Part shown: piece after piece, positions 1-8,400 of the stretch | Position numbering within the stretch: position 1 is the stretch's first letter | How the letters are laid out: every line of letters starts with the position of its first letter | DNA from: an uncultured Chloroflexia bacterium | GTDB lineage: Bacteria > Chloroflexota > Ktedonobacteria > Ktedonobacterales > JADMIN01 | Direction: 5' to 3' | Assembly (NCBI GenBank): GCA_963718915.1 | Contig: CAVRAI010000015.1 | Coordinates: 630,001-662,000 of the forward strand | Length of the DNA: 32,000 bases | Made by a program: the position numbers and the translations under genes | Notes under the pieces: generated by a model | What the model was told of the DNA's origin: nothing | Seen by the model: the letters and a program-made list of their open reading frames with translations, nothing else | Databases searched by the model: none

Positions 1-2
1 GA

Positions 3-590
3 GTGGGACCGGGCGCAGCACTACTGCCTGGCGTGCGCGCTGCGGTAACAGATGCGCTCGCTACTGCCGCGACGCCAGTCGTTGAGTTGGTACGCGAACT
101 GGCTGCGCGTGCGCGGTACGGTTTTTCTGGCATCGACCTCTCGCCCGCGCCGATGGGCGAGGATAGCATCGCTGGAGCCTTCGAGGTGGCGGGCCTGGGC
201 CGGTTTGGCGAAACGGGGACGCTGGCGCTGGCTGCTGCCATCACACGGGGAATCAAGGGTGTGAGGCTGCCACTTTGCGGCTACTGCGGGCTGATGCTGC
301 CGCCGCTCGAAGACCGCGTGCTGGGCGAGCGCTGCGCGGAGGGGCTGCTGAGCGTCTCGTCGCTGCTCAGCCTCTCCTCGGTCTGTGGCGCCGGGCTGGA
401 TACCGTGCCGCTCCCAGGTGATACCCCGGTCGAGCGGGTTGCGGCGCTGCTGATGGATGTGGCGGGGCTGGCGGCGCGCCTGCGCAAACCGCTCTCAGCG
501 CGGCTCTTCCTGGTGCCAGGCGCGCAACCCGGCGAGATGACACGCTTCGACTCGCCTTACCTGACCAATACCCGCGTGCTGCCACTCTGA
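3..590 (+). CDS. DUF711/UPF0210-family protein, C-terminal part (5' end outside window)
   Basis: ORF is open at the left edge, with stop TGA at 588-590. The block SVCGAGLDTVPLPGDT ... RLFLVPGAQPGEMTRFDSPYL matches my recollection of the UPF0210/DUF711 C-terminus (GLD-x-x-P-x-PGDT). Third positions are G/C-rich like the neighbours. Confidence 0.55.
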   Translation: MGPGAALLPGVRAAVTDALATAATPVVELVRELAARARYGFSGIDLSPAPMGEDSIAGAFEVAGLGRFGETGTLALAAAITRGIKGVRLPLCGYCGLMLPPLEDRVLGERCAEGLLSVSSLLSLSSVCGAGLDTVPLPGDTPVERVAALLMDVAGLAARLRKPLSARLFLVPGAQPGEMTRFDSPYLTNTRVLPL

Positions 591-612
591 TACAATGGTG
601 GAGCGAACTCCT

Positions 613-632
613 CACCGGCCGATCTGCCGGTG
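613..632 (+). terminator. GC-rich hairpin after the DUF711 stop (possible terminator, no U-tract)
   Basis: CACCGGC (613-619) - 6 nt - GCCGGTG (626-632), a perfect 7-bp stem 23 nt after the stop. No T-run follows, so it is not a canonical intrinsic terminator. Confidence 0.25.
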
Positions 633-747
633 GCGAGGCCATACATGCGCTGGCGGCTGAAGCCGCGCCTATGGGCTGCGCCGGAAAGCTCGCCTACGCG
701 GGCTCCCACAGGATATGGCGGGCAAGCAGCGAACAGTCTCTACGGAT

Positions 748-770
748 GACTAGCGAACAATTCGCTAGTC
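748..770. promoter_or_regulatory. Perfect 10-bp-arm inverted repeat (candidate operator) just upstream of a small membrane-protein gene
   Basis: GACTAGCGAA-caa-TTCGCTAGTC. A TACAAT box follows at 777-782, then ATG codons at 774 and 792. Confidence 0.35.
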
Positions 771-985
771 ACAATGTACAATGGAGGCGAGATGAGGGCG
801 CGACGGATTGAGTTTGGCGCGGGGATCGCGGCCTGCGTGTTGAGCGTGCTCGCCTTCGCCTTTCTGGTCTTCGCGCCTATCGTGCCGGTCTGCTCTGTAG
901 CGAACGGCGCAAAGCTTGCCCCGCGCATGCTGCCCGCTATAGTCACTGGCGCAAGGCTCCGTCTGGCGTTCGGCGCTGGCTCTTC

Positions 986-1240
986 GTGCTGGCGATGCTG
1001 GCGCTCTCGCTGGCGGGCGGCATAGGCGCCATAATCGAGGCGCGGACGGGTCGGCGATTTGCGGCGATACCGCTCTGGGCGGCGACGGTGCTGGTCTTTG
1101 GTGGCTGCGCGCTGGCGGCGGGTGGCGCGGGCATCATCTATCTCCCCTCGGTGCTGGCGCTCGGCCTCGCCGCCTATGCCTCGATCCTCTCCCGCCTCCA
1201 GACGCGCAATCGAACCGATTTCCTCTCCCCGACACCGTGA
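986..1240 (+). CDS. Small integral membrane protein (possibly the 3' part of a frameshifted gene starting at 774)
   Basis: GTG start at 986. The 84-aa product has three hydrophobic helices (LAMLALSLAGGIGAII, IPLWAATVLVFGGCALAAGGAGII, VLALGLAAYASIL). ORF 774-1025 in another frame encodes one more TM helix. Confidence 0.4.
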   Translation: MLAMLALSLAGGIGAIIEARTGRRFAAIPLWAATVLVFGGCALAAGGAGIIYLPSVLALGLAAYASILSRLQTRNRTDFLSPTP

Positions 1241-1266
1241 GGGTAGTGGTGAGGAGAGGTCGCTCG

Positions 1267-2637
1267 CTACGCCGCCGGGAATAGCTGCTCGTCGTGCGTT
1301 TCCCTCTCAGATTCGGACATACGCGCGGATTCAGACATACGCGCGCAGCGAATCCGCGGGTTGAGGCTCGCCGCCAGCGCCACCATCACCAGCCCGGCGC
1401 CCAGCGCAACCACTGTCGCGCCCGCGCCCGCATGCTCGATGAAGAATCCAGCGACTGCCAGGCCAACGGGGAGGCTGCCATACACCAGCAGGCGGATAAT
1501 GCTGCTGACCCGGCCCTGGAGCGCATCGGGGATGAGAGACATCCGGTAACTGAACTGCGCCACGTTGATGACGGCATAGACCGCTCCGAGCGCCGCCATC
1601 ACCAGGCCAAGCGCAAACGGTGTTGGAGCGACCGCATAGAGCAGCCAGATCAGCGCCACCAGCCAGTTGCCGCCGATGAACGCCTGGGCAAACGAGAGCC
1701 GCCGCACAACCCGCTCCGCCAGCAGTGAGCCGAGTACGGTTCCGCAGCCACCCAGTCCCAGCATTAGTCCGATTTCCGGGGTGGACGCATGCATTCGCTC
1801 GGCCAGCACGATAACCAGCAGCGCCTCGCTCGCCACAAGGCAGTTACCCGCGGCGATCAGAGTCGTCAGCGCGCGTAGCGCCCGGTGACGCCAGAGCCAG
1901 ACGACTCCCGCGACGATATCGTCACGCATTGTCCGCCAGTTCAGCGGATGCGCCTGCTCATCAGCCGCATGCTGTTTCGGCAGCTGGATACGCCACAGCG
2001 CTAGCACCGAGACGCCATAGGTCACGGTGTCGAGCAGGAACGGAACCATCCGCCCGATGGCGAAGAGTGCGCCACCCAGCGCTGGGCCAAGCAGTGTCGT
2101 CACCCCGTCCGTCAGGCTGAGATATTGCGCGGCGGCAGCGGGCATTTCCTCCTGTGTGACGATGCTCGGTAGCACGGCAATTTCCGCGAGATCGAAGAAG
2201 GTGAAGAGCGTCCCCTCGATCACCGCGACCAGACAGATCTGAAGCACACTGAGATGGCCAAGCAGGAGCGCCAGTGGAATGCTGCCAAGCGCAAGCGCCC
2301 GCCCGCTATCGCAGAGAATCATGACGCGGCGACGATCCCAACGATCCACCAGCGCCCCGGCGGGCAGCGAGAACAGCAGGTACGGCAGCATTCGTAGCGC
2401 GCCCGCCAGCCCAGCGATGGCTGCCGATTGCGTCAGCGCCAGCACCAGCAACGGAAACGCGATCTGTGTCATCTGCGAGCCAGTGGCTGAGACCAGTTTG
2501 CCTCCCCAGAGTGTGAGATAGTTGCGGCGGCGCCAGAGTGGCTGCCGATGCAGCGTCCAGCCAACCGCCTGGCGCGGCCAGGCTCGCACCCCTTGCGCCG
2601 CGACCCGCGCGCGAATCGTCAGAGTGATGATGTTCAT
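1267..2637 (-). CDS. MFS transporter (EntS/MFS_3-like efflux type)
   Basis: ATG at 2637 is preceded by GAGAGGA, so the track's extension to 2700 is unlikely. The protein is polytopic, with an MFS loop motif LVDRWDRRRVMI and the N-terminal WGGKLVSATGSQMTQIAFPLLVL. Confidence 0.8.
   Translation of the reverse strand: MNIITLTIRARVAAQGVRAWPRQAVGWTLHRQPLWRRRNYLTLWGGKLVSATGSQMTQIAFPLLVLALTQSAAIAGLAGALRMLPYLLFSLPAGALVDRWDRRRVMILCDSGRALALGSIPLALLLGHLSVLQICLVAVIEGTLFTFFDLAEIAVLPSIVTQEEMPAAAAQYLSLTDGVTTLLGPALGGALFAIGRMVPFLLDTVTYGVSVLALWRIQLPKQHAADEQAHPLNWRTMRDDIVAGVVWLWRHRALRALTTLIAAGNCLVASEALLVIVLAERMHASTPEIGLMLGLGGCGTVLGSLLAERVVRRLSFAQAFIGGNWLVALIWLLYAVAPTPFALGLVMAALGAVYAVINVAQFSYRMSLIPDALQGRVSSIIRLLVYGSLPVGLAVAGFFIEHAGAGATVVALGAGLVMVALAASLNPRIRCARMSESARMSESERETHDEQLFPAA
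1311..1346. repeat. 18-bp tandem duplication inside the 3' end of the MFS gene
   Basis: ATTCGGACATACGCGCGG / ATTCAGACATACGCGCGC (16/18 identical). It encodes ARMSES-ARMSES in the C-terminal tail. Confidence 0.85.
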
Positions 2638-2671
2638 GGTATCTGTCCTCTCGTACTCGCTCGTGGCGCGA

Positions 2672-2848
2672 CTACTTCCAGTTGATGGTGAAAGCGCCAA
2701 GCGCGGCGGCTAATAGAAACGCCGCGCCTGTCTCCGGGCATGGCTGCGCATGAATCGTGGGGCGCTGGCTCTCGTTTGCGTTGCCGTCCACCGTGTTCTC
2801 CTCATCATTGCGCGTCGTATCAGTTACACTGGATGTCTCTGTTGTCAT
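2672..2848 (-). CDS. Unlisted 58-aa ORF upstream of the MFS gene; acidic/polar N-terminus and hydrophobic C-terminal segment
   Basis: Hand translation: MTTETSSVTDTTRNDEENTVDGNANESQRPTIHAQPCPETGAAFLLAAALGAFTINWK*. GGAAAGG lies about 15 nt upstream. The stop is 35 nt before the MFS start, on the same strand. It falls below the 60-aa cut-off of the track. Confidence 0.3.
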   Translation of the reverse strand: MTTETSSVTDTTRNDEENTVDGNANESQRPTIHAQPCPETGAAFLLAAALGAFTINWK

Positions 2849-2970
2849 AGTTGACTCGCTGCCTTTCCGCTGCGTATCACCGCATCGCTACAAGTGCCCT
2901 GGCGCGTGAGATCGCCATGTCGTTCTGGGTTCCAGTGTGCCTGAGTTCAGTTGCCAATACCACGAAAAAC

Positions 2971-3011
2971 TGACATGCGCGTTGACATAGCTACTGACAA
3001 ATCTGGTGATA
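2971..3011. promoter_or_regulatory. Four phased direct repeats TGACA/TGACA/TGACA/TGATA at exactly 12-bp spacing
   Basis: Repeat starts are at 2971, 2983, 2995 and 3007. The second copy is part of TTGACA (2982-2987). The array lies in the divergent intergenic region between the small ORF/MFS (-) and the XRE-ATPase-TPR regulator (+). Confidence 0.4.
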
Positions 3012-3185
3012 AAATCTCAACTCATTGTGAACCGCTCCCCTGCACAGGCGTCCCCGCGCGTGTTACCATGTGGTGTGGAGCCGTCCGCCGCTGATTTCCC
3101 CCTGTTAGAAGGTGTAGAGCTGGGGGTCACTCTGGTTCTGGCTCTCTCTCCGCGGAGAAGGGGTTAGGGGGTGAGGTGAGCCACA

Positions 3186-6100
3186 ATGACTATGGCGCGT
3201 GACCAGGACACACAATCCGACTTCGCCGATCTGCTACGGCGCGCTCGCCGTGACGCTGGACTTACCCAGGAGGAACTGGCCGAGCGGGCTGGGCTGAGCG
3301 CGCGCGCCATCACCGCGATTGAGCGGGGCATCAGCCGGGCGCCCCACAAAACCACCGTTGAGCTGCTCTGCGCCGCCCTGGAACTCCCGCCGGAACAATA
3401 CGCCGTGTTTCTTGCCGCTGCCCGCAAACGACCAGGAGGGGCCGCACTGAATCCCACGCTACCACCTGTTGACGATGGCGGCTCCAACAGCAATGGCAGC
3501 GGATCGCTGGCAGCGCCATTGCAGGCGGTTGGCGGGTTTCTGGGCGCGCTGCCCGACCGTCTCATCGTCACCCGCGAGGCTGAGCTACGTCAGATCGGCG
3601 ATGCGCTCGATGCGACACTTCACGGCTCGGCTAAAATCGTGTTTCTCGCGGGCGAGCCGGGCGTGGGCAAGACGCGACTGGCCCAGGAAGCAACGCTGGT
3701 GGCGCAGGCACATGGCTATCTGGTGGTGACTGGGCGGTGCCAGGAACCCTACCAGGCGATGCCGTACTATCCCTTTGTCGAGGCGCTGCTGGCCGCCATT
3801 ATGCATGCCGCGCCCGCCATCCGTGAAGAATTGCCGCGCTCCTGGCCCGAGGTGCAGCGGCTCCTGCCTGGCTCCATACAGGATCGCGAGGCGAGCGGCG
3901 CCTACCGGCGAGCGGAGGAACAGCAGCGCCTCTTCTGGTCGATAACGCGCTTCTTCCAGGCGTTGGCCCTGGAGCAGCCAATTGCGCTGCTGCTTGATGA
4001 TCTGCACTGGGCTGACGACGCCAGTTTGAGCCTGCTACAGCATCTGGCGCAACACACACGCGCCTCGCGGGTCTTCATCCTCTGCGCCTACCGCGATACC
4101 GAACTCTCGCGTCGCCACCCGTTACGTCGCATCCTTCACGATCTTGCCCGCGAGCGACTGGCCGACCGTCTGACCGTCACGCGGCTCTCGCAAGGAGGTA
4201 CAGCGGCGCTTATCGCCACGATCATTGCGGAAAACGTGGGAAACGACGTGAATGCTCCCGCCGAGCCGCCCGCGGCGCTCATCGAGGCCATTCACCGCAG
4301 TACCGATGGCAACCCTTTTTTCACTGTTGAGGTGCTGCGCGCACTGCAACAGCGTGGCGAGATGCGATCCGCTGATGGCCGCTGGGAATGGCGGAGCACG
4401 CAGGAAATTCTGGTGCCGGAGAGTGTCCAGGCAGCGATAGATGAGCGGCTGGCAAGACTCGATCCGGGCGCGCAGGAACTTCTGGAAGAAGCCAGCATCC
4501 TGGGTGAGAGTTTCGTCTTTGATGATCTCGTCGCGCTTCAGGAGCGAGATGAAGACGAGGTGGAGATGGCGCTGGAAGCAGCGATTGGGGCGGCGCTGGT
4601 GCAGGAGACCGGCCCAGACAGCTACCACTTCAACCATGTGCTGACACAGCAGGCGTTGTATCACGGCGTCTCGCGCCGCCGCCGCCGCCGACTGCATCTG
4701 GCCGCTGGCGCCGCGCTTGAGCGGCTACCTCAGAGCCAGCGTTCCGGGCATGCCAGCGAACTGGCCTGGCACTTTCTCCAGGCGGACGAACCGGCGCGCG
4801 CCTTGCCATATGTCATCCAGGCAGGTGACCAGGCGCAGGCGATCTATGCCTATACCGCCGCCGAAAATCGCTACCGGACGGCAGTCGAACTTGCTCGCAG
4901 TCTGCAAGATACAGCCCAGGAGGCGGTAGTCCAGGCGCGGCGTGGGACAGCACTGGCAGGACTCGCGCGCTGGGACGAGGCGCTGGTGGCCCTACGGCGG
5001 GCGGCCGATCTGGATCGCGCGGCTGGCGCGTATGAGGCGCTCGCTCAGGATGTCGCGCTCATGGCCCGCGTCTACAATGATCATGGAACGCCGGAAACCG
5101 GCATCGAGGTGACGCGACCGTACCTGGAGCAACTTCCGGCGCAGACATCGGCGGGCGCGCTGGCGCGGGTCTATACCGCCCTGACCTATCTCTATCTGTC
5201 CAGTGGCTTGTATCATGAATTGCTGGCGATTGCTGAACGCGCGCTGGAGTTTGCTAGTGAGGCGAGCGATCCGCGCCTGCTTGCCGAGGCGCAAGGCAGG
5301 CGTTGCGCCGCTCTGGCGACGCTGGGACGTTTCGATGAGGCGCTGCCCAGTCTGCACGAAGTCGTCCGTCTCGCCGAGGAGGCTGATGCTCTGGAGACGC
5401 AGGTGCTGGCGCTCAACAACATTGCGCACTCGTATCTGCTGATTGGTCCCCTCGACTCCGCGCGAGACACATTCGCGGGCGCTCTCGATCTGGCGCCGCG
5501 TCTGCATTCCCCGGTGTTGTTGCCGCTACTCCTGGTGAATCACGCCTACGCCAACTTCCTGCTGGGCGACTGGCAGCGCGCCCATGCCGACTTGAACAGC
5601 GCCAGCCAGATCGCTCAGGAGATGGGCATCAATGCACTCTCGGCCTCCCTCCCTGTTCTGCGCGGGCGGTTGTATCTCGCCGAGGGTAGGCCGAGTGACG
5701 CGGCGCGCGTCATTGCCGAGGGGCTTGCGCTTGGGGAGCCAGATGCTCAGACCATGTACGATGCCCAGAGCGCCCTTGCCGAGCGTGAACTCCTCAGCGG
5801 GCGACCAGAGGCCGCGCGTGACCGTGTGCTACCTCTCGTCGAGGGAGCGAATCCGCACGTTCCAGATGCGGTCGCCGTGCTGCCTTTGCTCGCATGGGCT
5901 CACCTGGAAATGGGCGAGATCGAGCGCGCTACAAGTATCGTGGCGGAGGCGATACAACTGCTACGAGCGATGGGGATGCGTGTCATGCTGGTCAATGCGC
6001 TACGAATACAGGCGATGGTGGCGCAGCGGCAGGGCGACCGCGGCACGGCGGAGACGACGCTAGCTGAGGCCGTCTCGCTGGCTGACGCCATCGGCTATCC

Positions 6101-6257
6101 CTACGCCAAAGCGCAGGCGCTCTTTGACTGGGCGCTGCTCGCCCCAGATGATGTTGCCAGCCAGGAACGGCTGCGCGAGGCCAGTGCCATCTTTACACGG
6201 CTAGGCGCGAGCGGCGATGCGGTTCGCTCAGAACGCGCACTGAAGTCGCGAAAATAG
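3186..6257 (+). CDS. Large transcriptional regulator: XRE-type HTH + P-loop (AAA/STAND-like) NTPase + TPR-like repeats
   Basis: ATG follows GGTGAGGTGAG. Motifs: HTH LTQEELAERAGLSARAITAIERG, Walker A GEPGVGKT, Walker B LLLDDLHWAD. The C-terminal half is roughly 550 aa of helical repeats. Confidence 0.85.
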   Translation: MTMARDQDTQSDFADLLRRARRDAGLTQEELAERAGLSARAITAIERGISRAPHKTTVELLCAALELPPEQYAVFLAAARKRPGGAALNPTLPPVDDGGSNSNGSGSLAAPLQAVGGFLGALPDRLIVTREAELRQIGDALDATLHGSAKIVFLAGEPGVGKTRLAQEATLVAQAHGYLVVTGRCQEPYQAMPYYPFVEALLAAIMHAAPAIREELPRSWPEVQRLLPGSIQDREASGAYRRAEEQQRLFWSITRFFQALALEQPIALLLDDLHWADDASLSLLQHLAQHTRASRVFILCAYRDTELSRRHPLRRILHDLARERLADRLTVTRLSQGGTAALIATIIAENVGNDVNAPAEPPAALIEAIHRSTDGNPFFTVEVLRALQQRGEMRSADGRWEWRSTQEILVPESVQAAIDERLARLDPGAQELLEEASILGESFVFDDLVALQERDEDEVEMALEAAIGAALVQETGPDSYHFNHVLTQQALYHGVSRRRRRRLHLAAGAALERLPQSQRSGHASELAWHFLQADEPARALPYVIQAGDQAQAIYAYTAAENRYRTAVELARSLQDTAQEAVVQARRGTALAGLARWDEALVALRRAADLDRAAGAYEALAQDVALMARVYNDHGTPETGIEVTRPYLEQLPAQTSAGALARVYTALTYLYLSSGLYHELLAIAERALEFASEASDPRLLAEAQGRRCAALATLGRFDEALPSLHEVVRLAEEADALETQVLALNNIAHSYLLIGPLDSARDTFAGALDLAPRLHSPVLLPLLLVNHAYANFLLGDWQRAHADLNSASQIAQEMGINALSASLPVLRGRLYLAEGRPSDAARVIAEGLALGEPDAQTMYDAQSALAERELLSGRPEAARDRVLPLVEGANPHVPDAVAVLPLLAWAHLEMGEIERATSIVAEAIQLLRAMGMRVMLVNALRIQAMVAQRQGDRGTAETTLAEAVSLADAIGYPYAKAQALFDWALLAPDDVASQERLREASAIFTRLGASGDAVRSERALKSRK

Positions 6258-6263
6258 CACTAC

Positions 6264-6578
6264 TCAGTCGCCGTGTGGGCTGGCAAAGACCTCATAGTGG
6301 GTGACGGTTGGCTCCAGCTCCAGCAGATAGTCCGGGTCGAAGTCGTAGTACTTCGCCTTCTCGATATCCTCTCCAGCGAAACTGCGAATGGCGTCCTCGG
6401 AGTCCCAGAGAGTGAGCAGCAGAAAGTGGGCGACCTCGCCCTCAATGCGCCGCATCACGTAGACGCCACGGTTGCCAGCAATTGCCTGATAATCGGCAAC
6501 GGCGACGGTTCGCATCAAATCCAGGTACTCATCGGCTTTGGCAATGGGTGTAACGCCGTGCCAGGTGCGAGCGATCAT
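6264..6578 (-). CDS. ABM/Dabb-like (antibiotic-biosynthesis-monooxygenase fold) small protein
   Basis: 104 aa, with ATG after GGAGATAAACC. The pattern FLLLTLWDSEDAIRSFAG resembles the ABM-domain W-x-S-x-E/D-A-x-x-x-F signature. Confidence 0.5.
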   Translation of the reverse strand: MIARTWHGVTPIAKADEYLDLMRTVAVADYQAIAGNRGVYVMRRIEGEVAHFLLLTLWDSEDAIRSFAGEDIEKAKYYDFDPDYLLELEPTVTHYEVFASPHGD

Positions 6579-6777
6579 GGTTTATCTCCGTTCGATGTCG
6601 CATCTCAACTGTCATATTCCAAATGTTATTGGGCGCCGTCTATCACGCGACCGGCATACCACCCGCGACCTGCCGATCACGCTCGACAAGCTGCTGTGAG
6701 CCACTGTTACCTCAGAGCGAACAATGAGTGTCGGGCAATGACGCCAGACTATCATCGATTGCGCCTGAGGTAGCACC

Positions 6778-7581
6778 ATGAATCAAACCATCATCTTCAT
6801 TCACGGCGCGTGGATGACACCCAAATGCTGGGAACCGTTCGAGTCGTTTTTCACAACGCGCGGCTATACCTGTCAGGCTCCGGCGTGGCCGTATCACGAC
6901 AGGCCAATCGATGAACTTCGCGCCAGGCCCGATCCCGGCCTGAAACAGCTTGGGCTTGGTGAGATCATCGACCACTATGCCCGGATCATCCAGCAGCTTC
7001 CAGAGCCACCGATTCTCATTGGCCATTCCTTCGGCGGGCTTGTCACCCAGGTGTTGCTCGACCGCGGGCTGGGCGCGGCTGGGGTCGCGCTCGATCCCGC
7101 CCCGCCGCGTGGCATCCTCGCCGCCGCCTATCCCACGACGACGCGCGCGCTGTTGCGAATCATCGCGACGCCGGGCGGATGGCGCAAGGTCTTCCACTGG
7201 TCTCTGGGTGAGTTCGCCTATGCCTTCGTCAACACGCTGCCACCCGAGGAGCAGAAACGCGCCTACGATGAATACGTCGTGCCGGAGTCGGGCCGACTGT
7301 TCTTCCAGAATGCGCTTTCTCCGCTGAATGCGCGCACGCCTGGGCAGGTCAATTTCAACAATGGCCGCCGTGCGCCGCTGCTCATTACCGCGGGGACAAA
7401 GGATCATATTATCCCGGCGGGGATGGTGCGAGTCACCTTTCGCAAATACAACCAGCGCTCGGGGGCGATTACCGAATTCCAGGCATTCCCTGGCGGAACA
7501 CACTGGCTTATCGCTCAGCCAGGATGGGAAATGGTCGCTGGTTCCGTGGAAACCTGGCTGCGCAAGCACACCTCGCGCTAG
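6778..7581 (+). CDS. Alpha/beta-fold hydrolase
   Basis: ATG follows GAGGTAG. Oxyanion region IIFIHGAW and nucleophile elbow GHSFGG are present. Size is typical at 267 aa. Confidence 0.8.
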   Translation: MNQTIIFIHGAWMTPKCWEPFESFFTTRGYTCQAPAWPYHDRPIDELRARPDPGLKQLGLGEIIDHYARIIQQLPEPPILIGHSFGGLVTQVLLDRGLGAAGVALDPAPPRGILAAAYPTTTRALLRIIATPGGWRKVFHWSLGEFAYAFVNTLPPEEQKRAYDEYVVPESGRLFFQNALSPLNARTPGQVNFNNGRRAPLLITAGTKDHIIPAGMVRVTFRKYNQRSGAITEFQAFPGGTHWLIAQPGWEMVAGSVETWLRKHTSR

Positions 7582-7617
7582 AAGGTATCTAATAGACAGA
7601 ACCGCCTTGCGATAGGG

Positions 7618-8091
7618 TCAGGCGCGGCGAACGCGCATATGCAGCAGCGGGTACGGTTTGCCGATGCTATCCACCGCCGAGCGTCCCACGACCTCGAAAC
7701 CCATCCGCAGGTAAAAGCCTATCGCCTGCGGATTCTGCTCATTGACATCCAGTTTATCCGCGCCCAGGGTCGTCACTGCATAGCTCAACAGCCGCCGCCC
7801 AATGCCCTGGCCGCGCCACTCCGGATCCACAAAGAGCATCTCGACTGTCCTATCCTCCACCCCAATGAATCCTGCCACTTGACCAGCGCGCTCACGCACG
7901 CACAGCAGATGCGATACATGAGGCAGGCTATCCCACACCAGCGGCCGGATGACCTCGATATTGGCCTCGGTGACAAACGTATGCGTCGCCCGTACGGACG
8001 CCTCCCACACCTCGACCACACGGACAAAGTCATCCGGGCCGACCGCCGAGACGCCCTCTCGCAACCGCATTTCCTCAAGCATCTCGATCAC
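7618..8091 (-). CDS. GNAT-family N-acetyltransferase
   Basis: Acetyl-CoA motif A WRGQGIGRRLL, followed by NPQAIGFYLRMGFEVVG. The start is GTG at 8091 or ATG at 8082. Confidence 0.85.
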   Translation of the reverse strand: MIEMLEEMRLREGVSAVGPDDFVRVVEVWEASVRATHTFVTEANIEVIRPLVWDSLPHVSHLLCVRERAGQVAGFIGVEDRTVEMLFVDPEWRGQGIGRRLLSYAVTTLGADKLDVNEQNPQAIGFYLRMGFEVVGRSAVDSIGKPYPLLHMRVRRA

Positions 8092-8400
8092 CTATGAAGC
8101 CCTTACTGCTCTCGTCCGCTAGAATAGCGCGAGACGCCGTCACCCAGACTGGCCCATCACGCCATTGTCAGGCGAGGACATCTTCCCACGTAACACAGTA
8201 CCGCGCGCATGCCCAATCGTTACACGCCCGGCATAGCCCAAGAACGGCGCCAACCTGGCTATAGTCAGCGCCAGTGACATTCAACGAGTATGCGCTGGGA
8301 GCGCCCTCGCCGGGCTATCAGGACGTCAATGGAACCGTGCTCATAGCGTGGACGGGAACTGACTCCGACAAATGGCTGAGAGTGGGGAACGGCGGGTCAC

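Noticed and set aside
4122-4697. 191-aa minus-strand ORF inside the XRE-ATPase-TPR regulator gene, plus similar internal ORFs at 3164-3571, 3585-4007 and 4992-5507
   Set aside because: It is antisense to an ORF with clear HTH, Walker and TPR motifs. The translations are Arg/Ala/Gln-rich with no motifs. Long spurious antisense ORFs are expected in high-G+C DNA.
6712-7569. 285-aa minus-strand ORF opposite the alpha/beta hydrolase
   Set aside because: The plus-strand ORF has the GHSFGG nucleophile elbow and an RBS. The antisense product is Arg-rich and motif-free.
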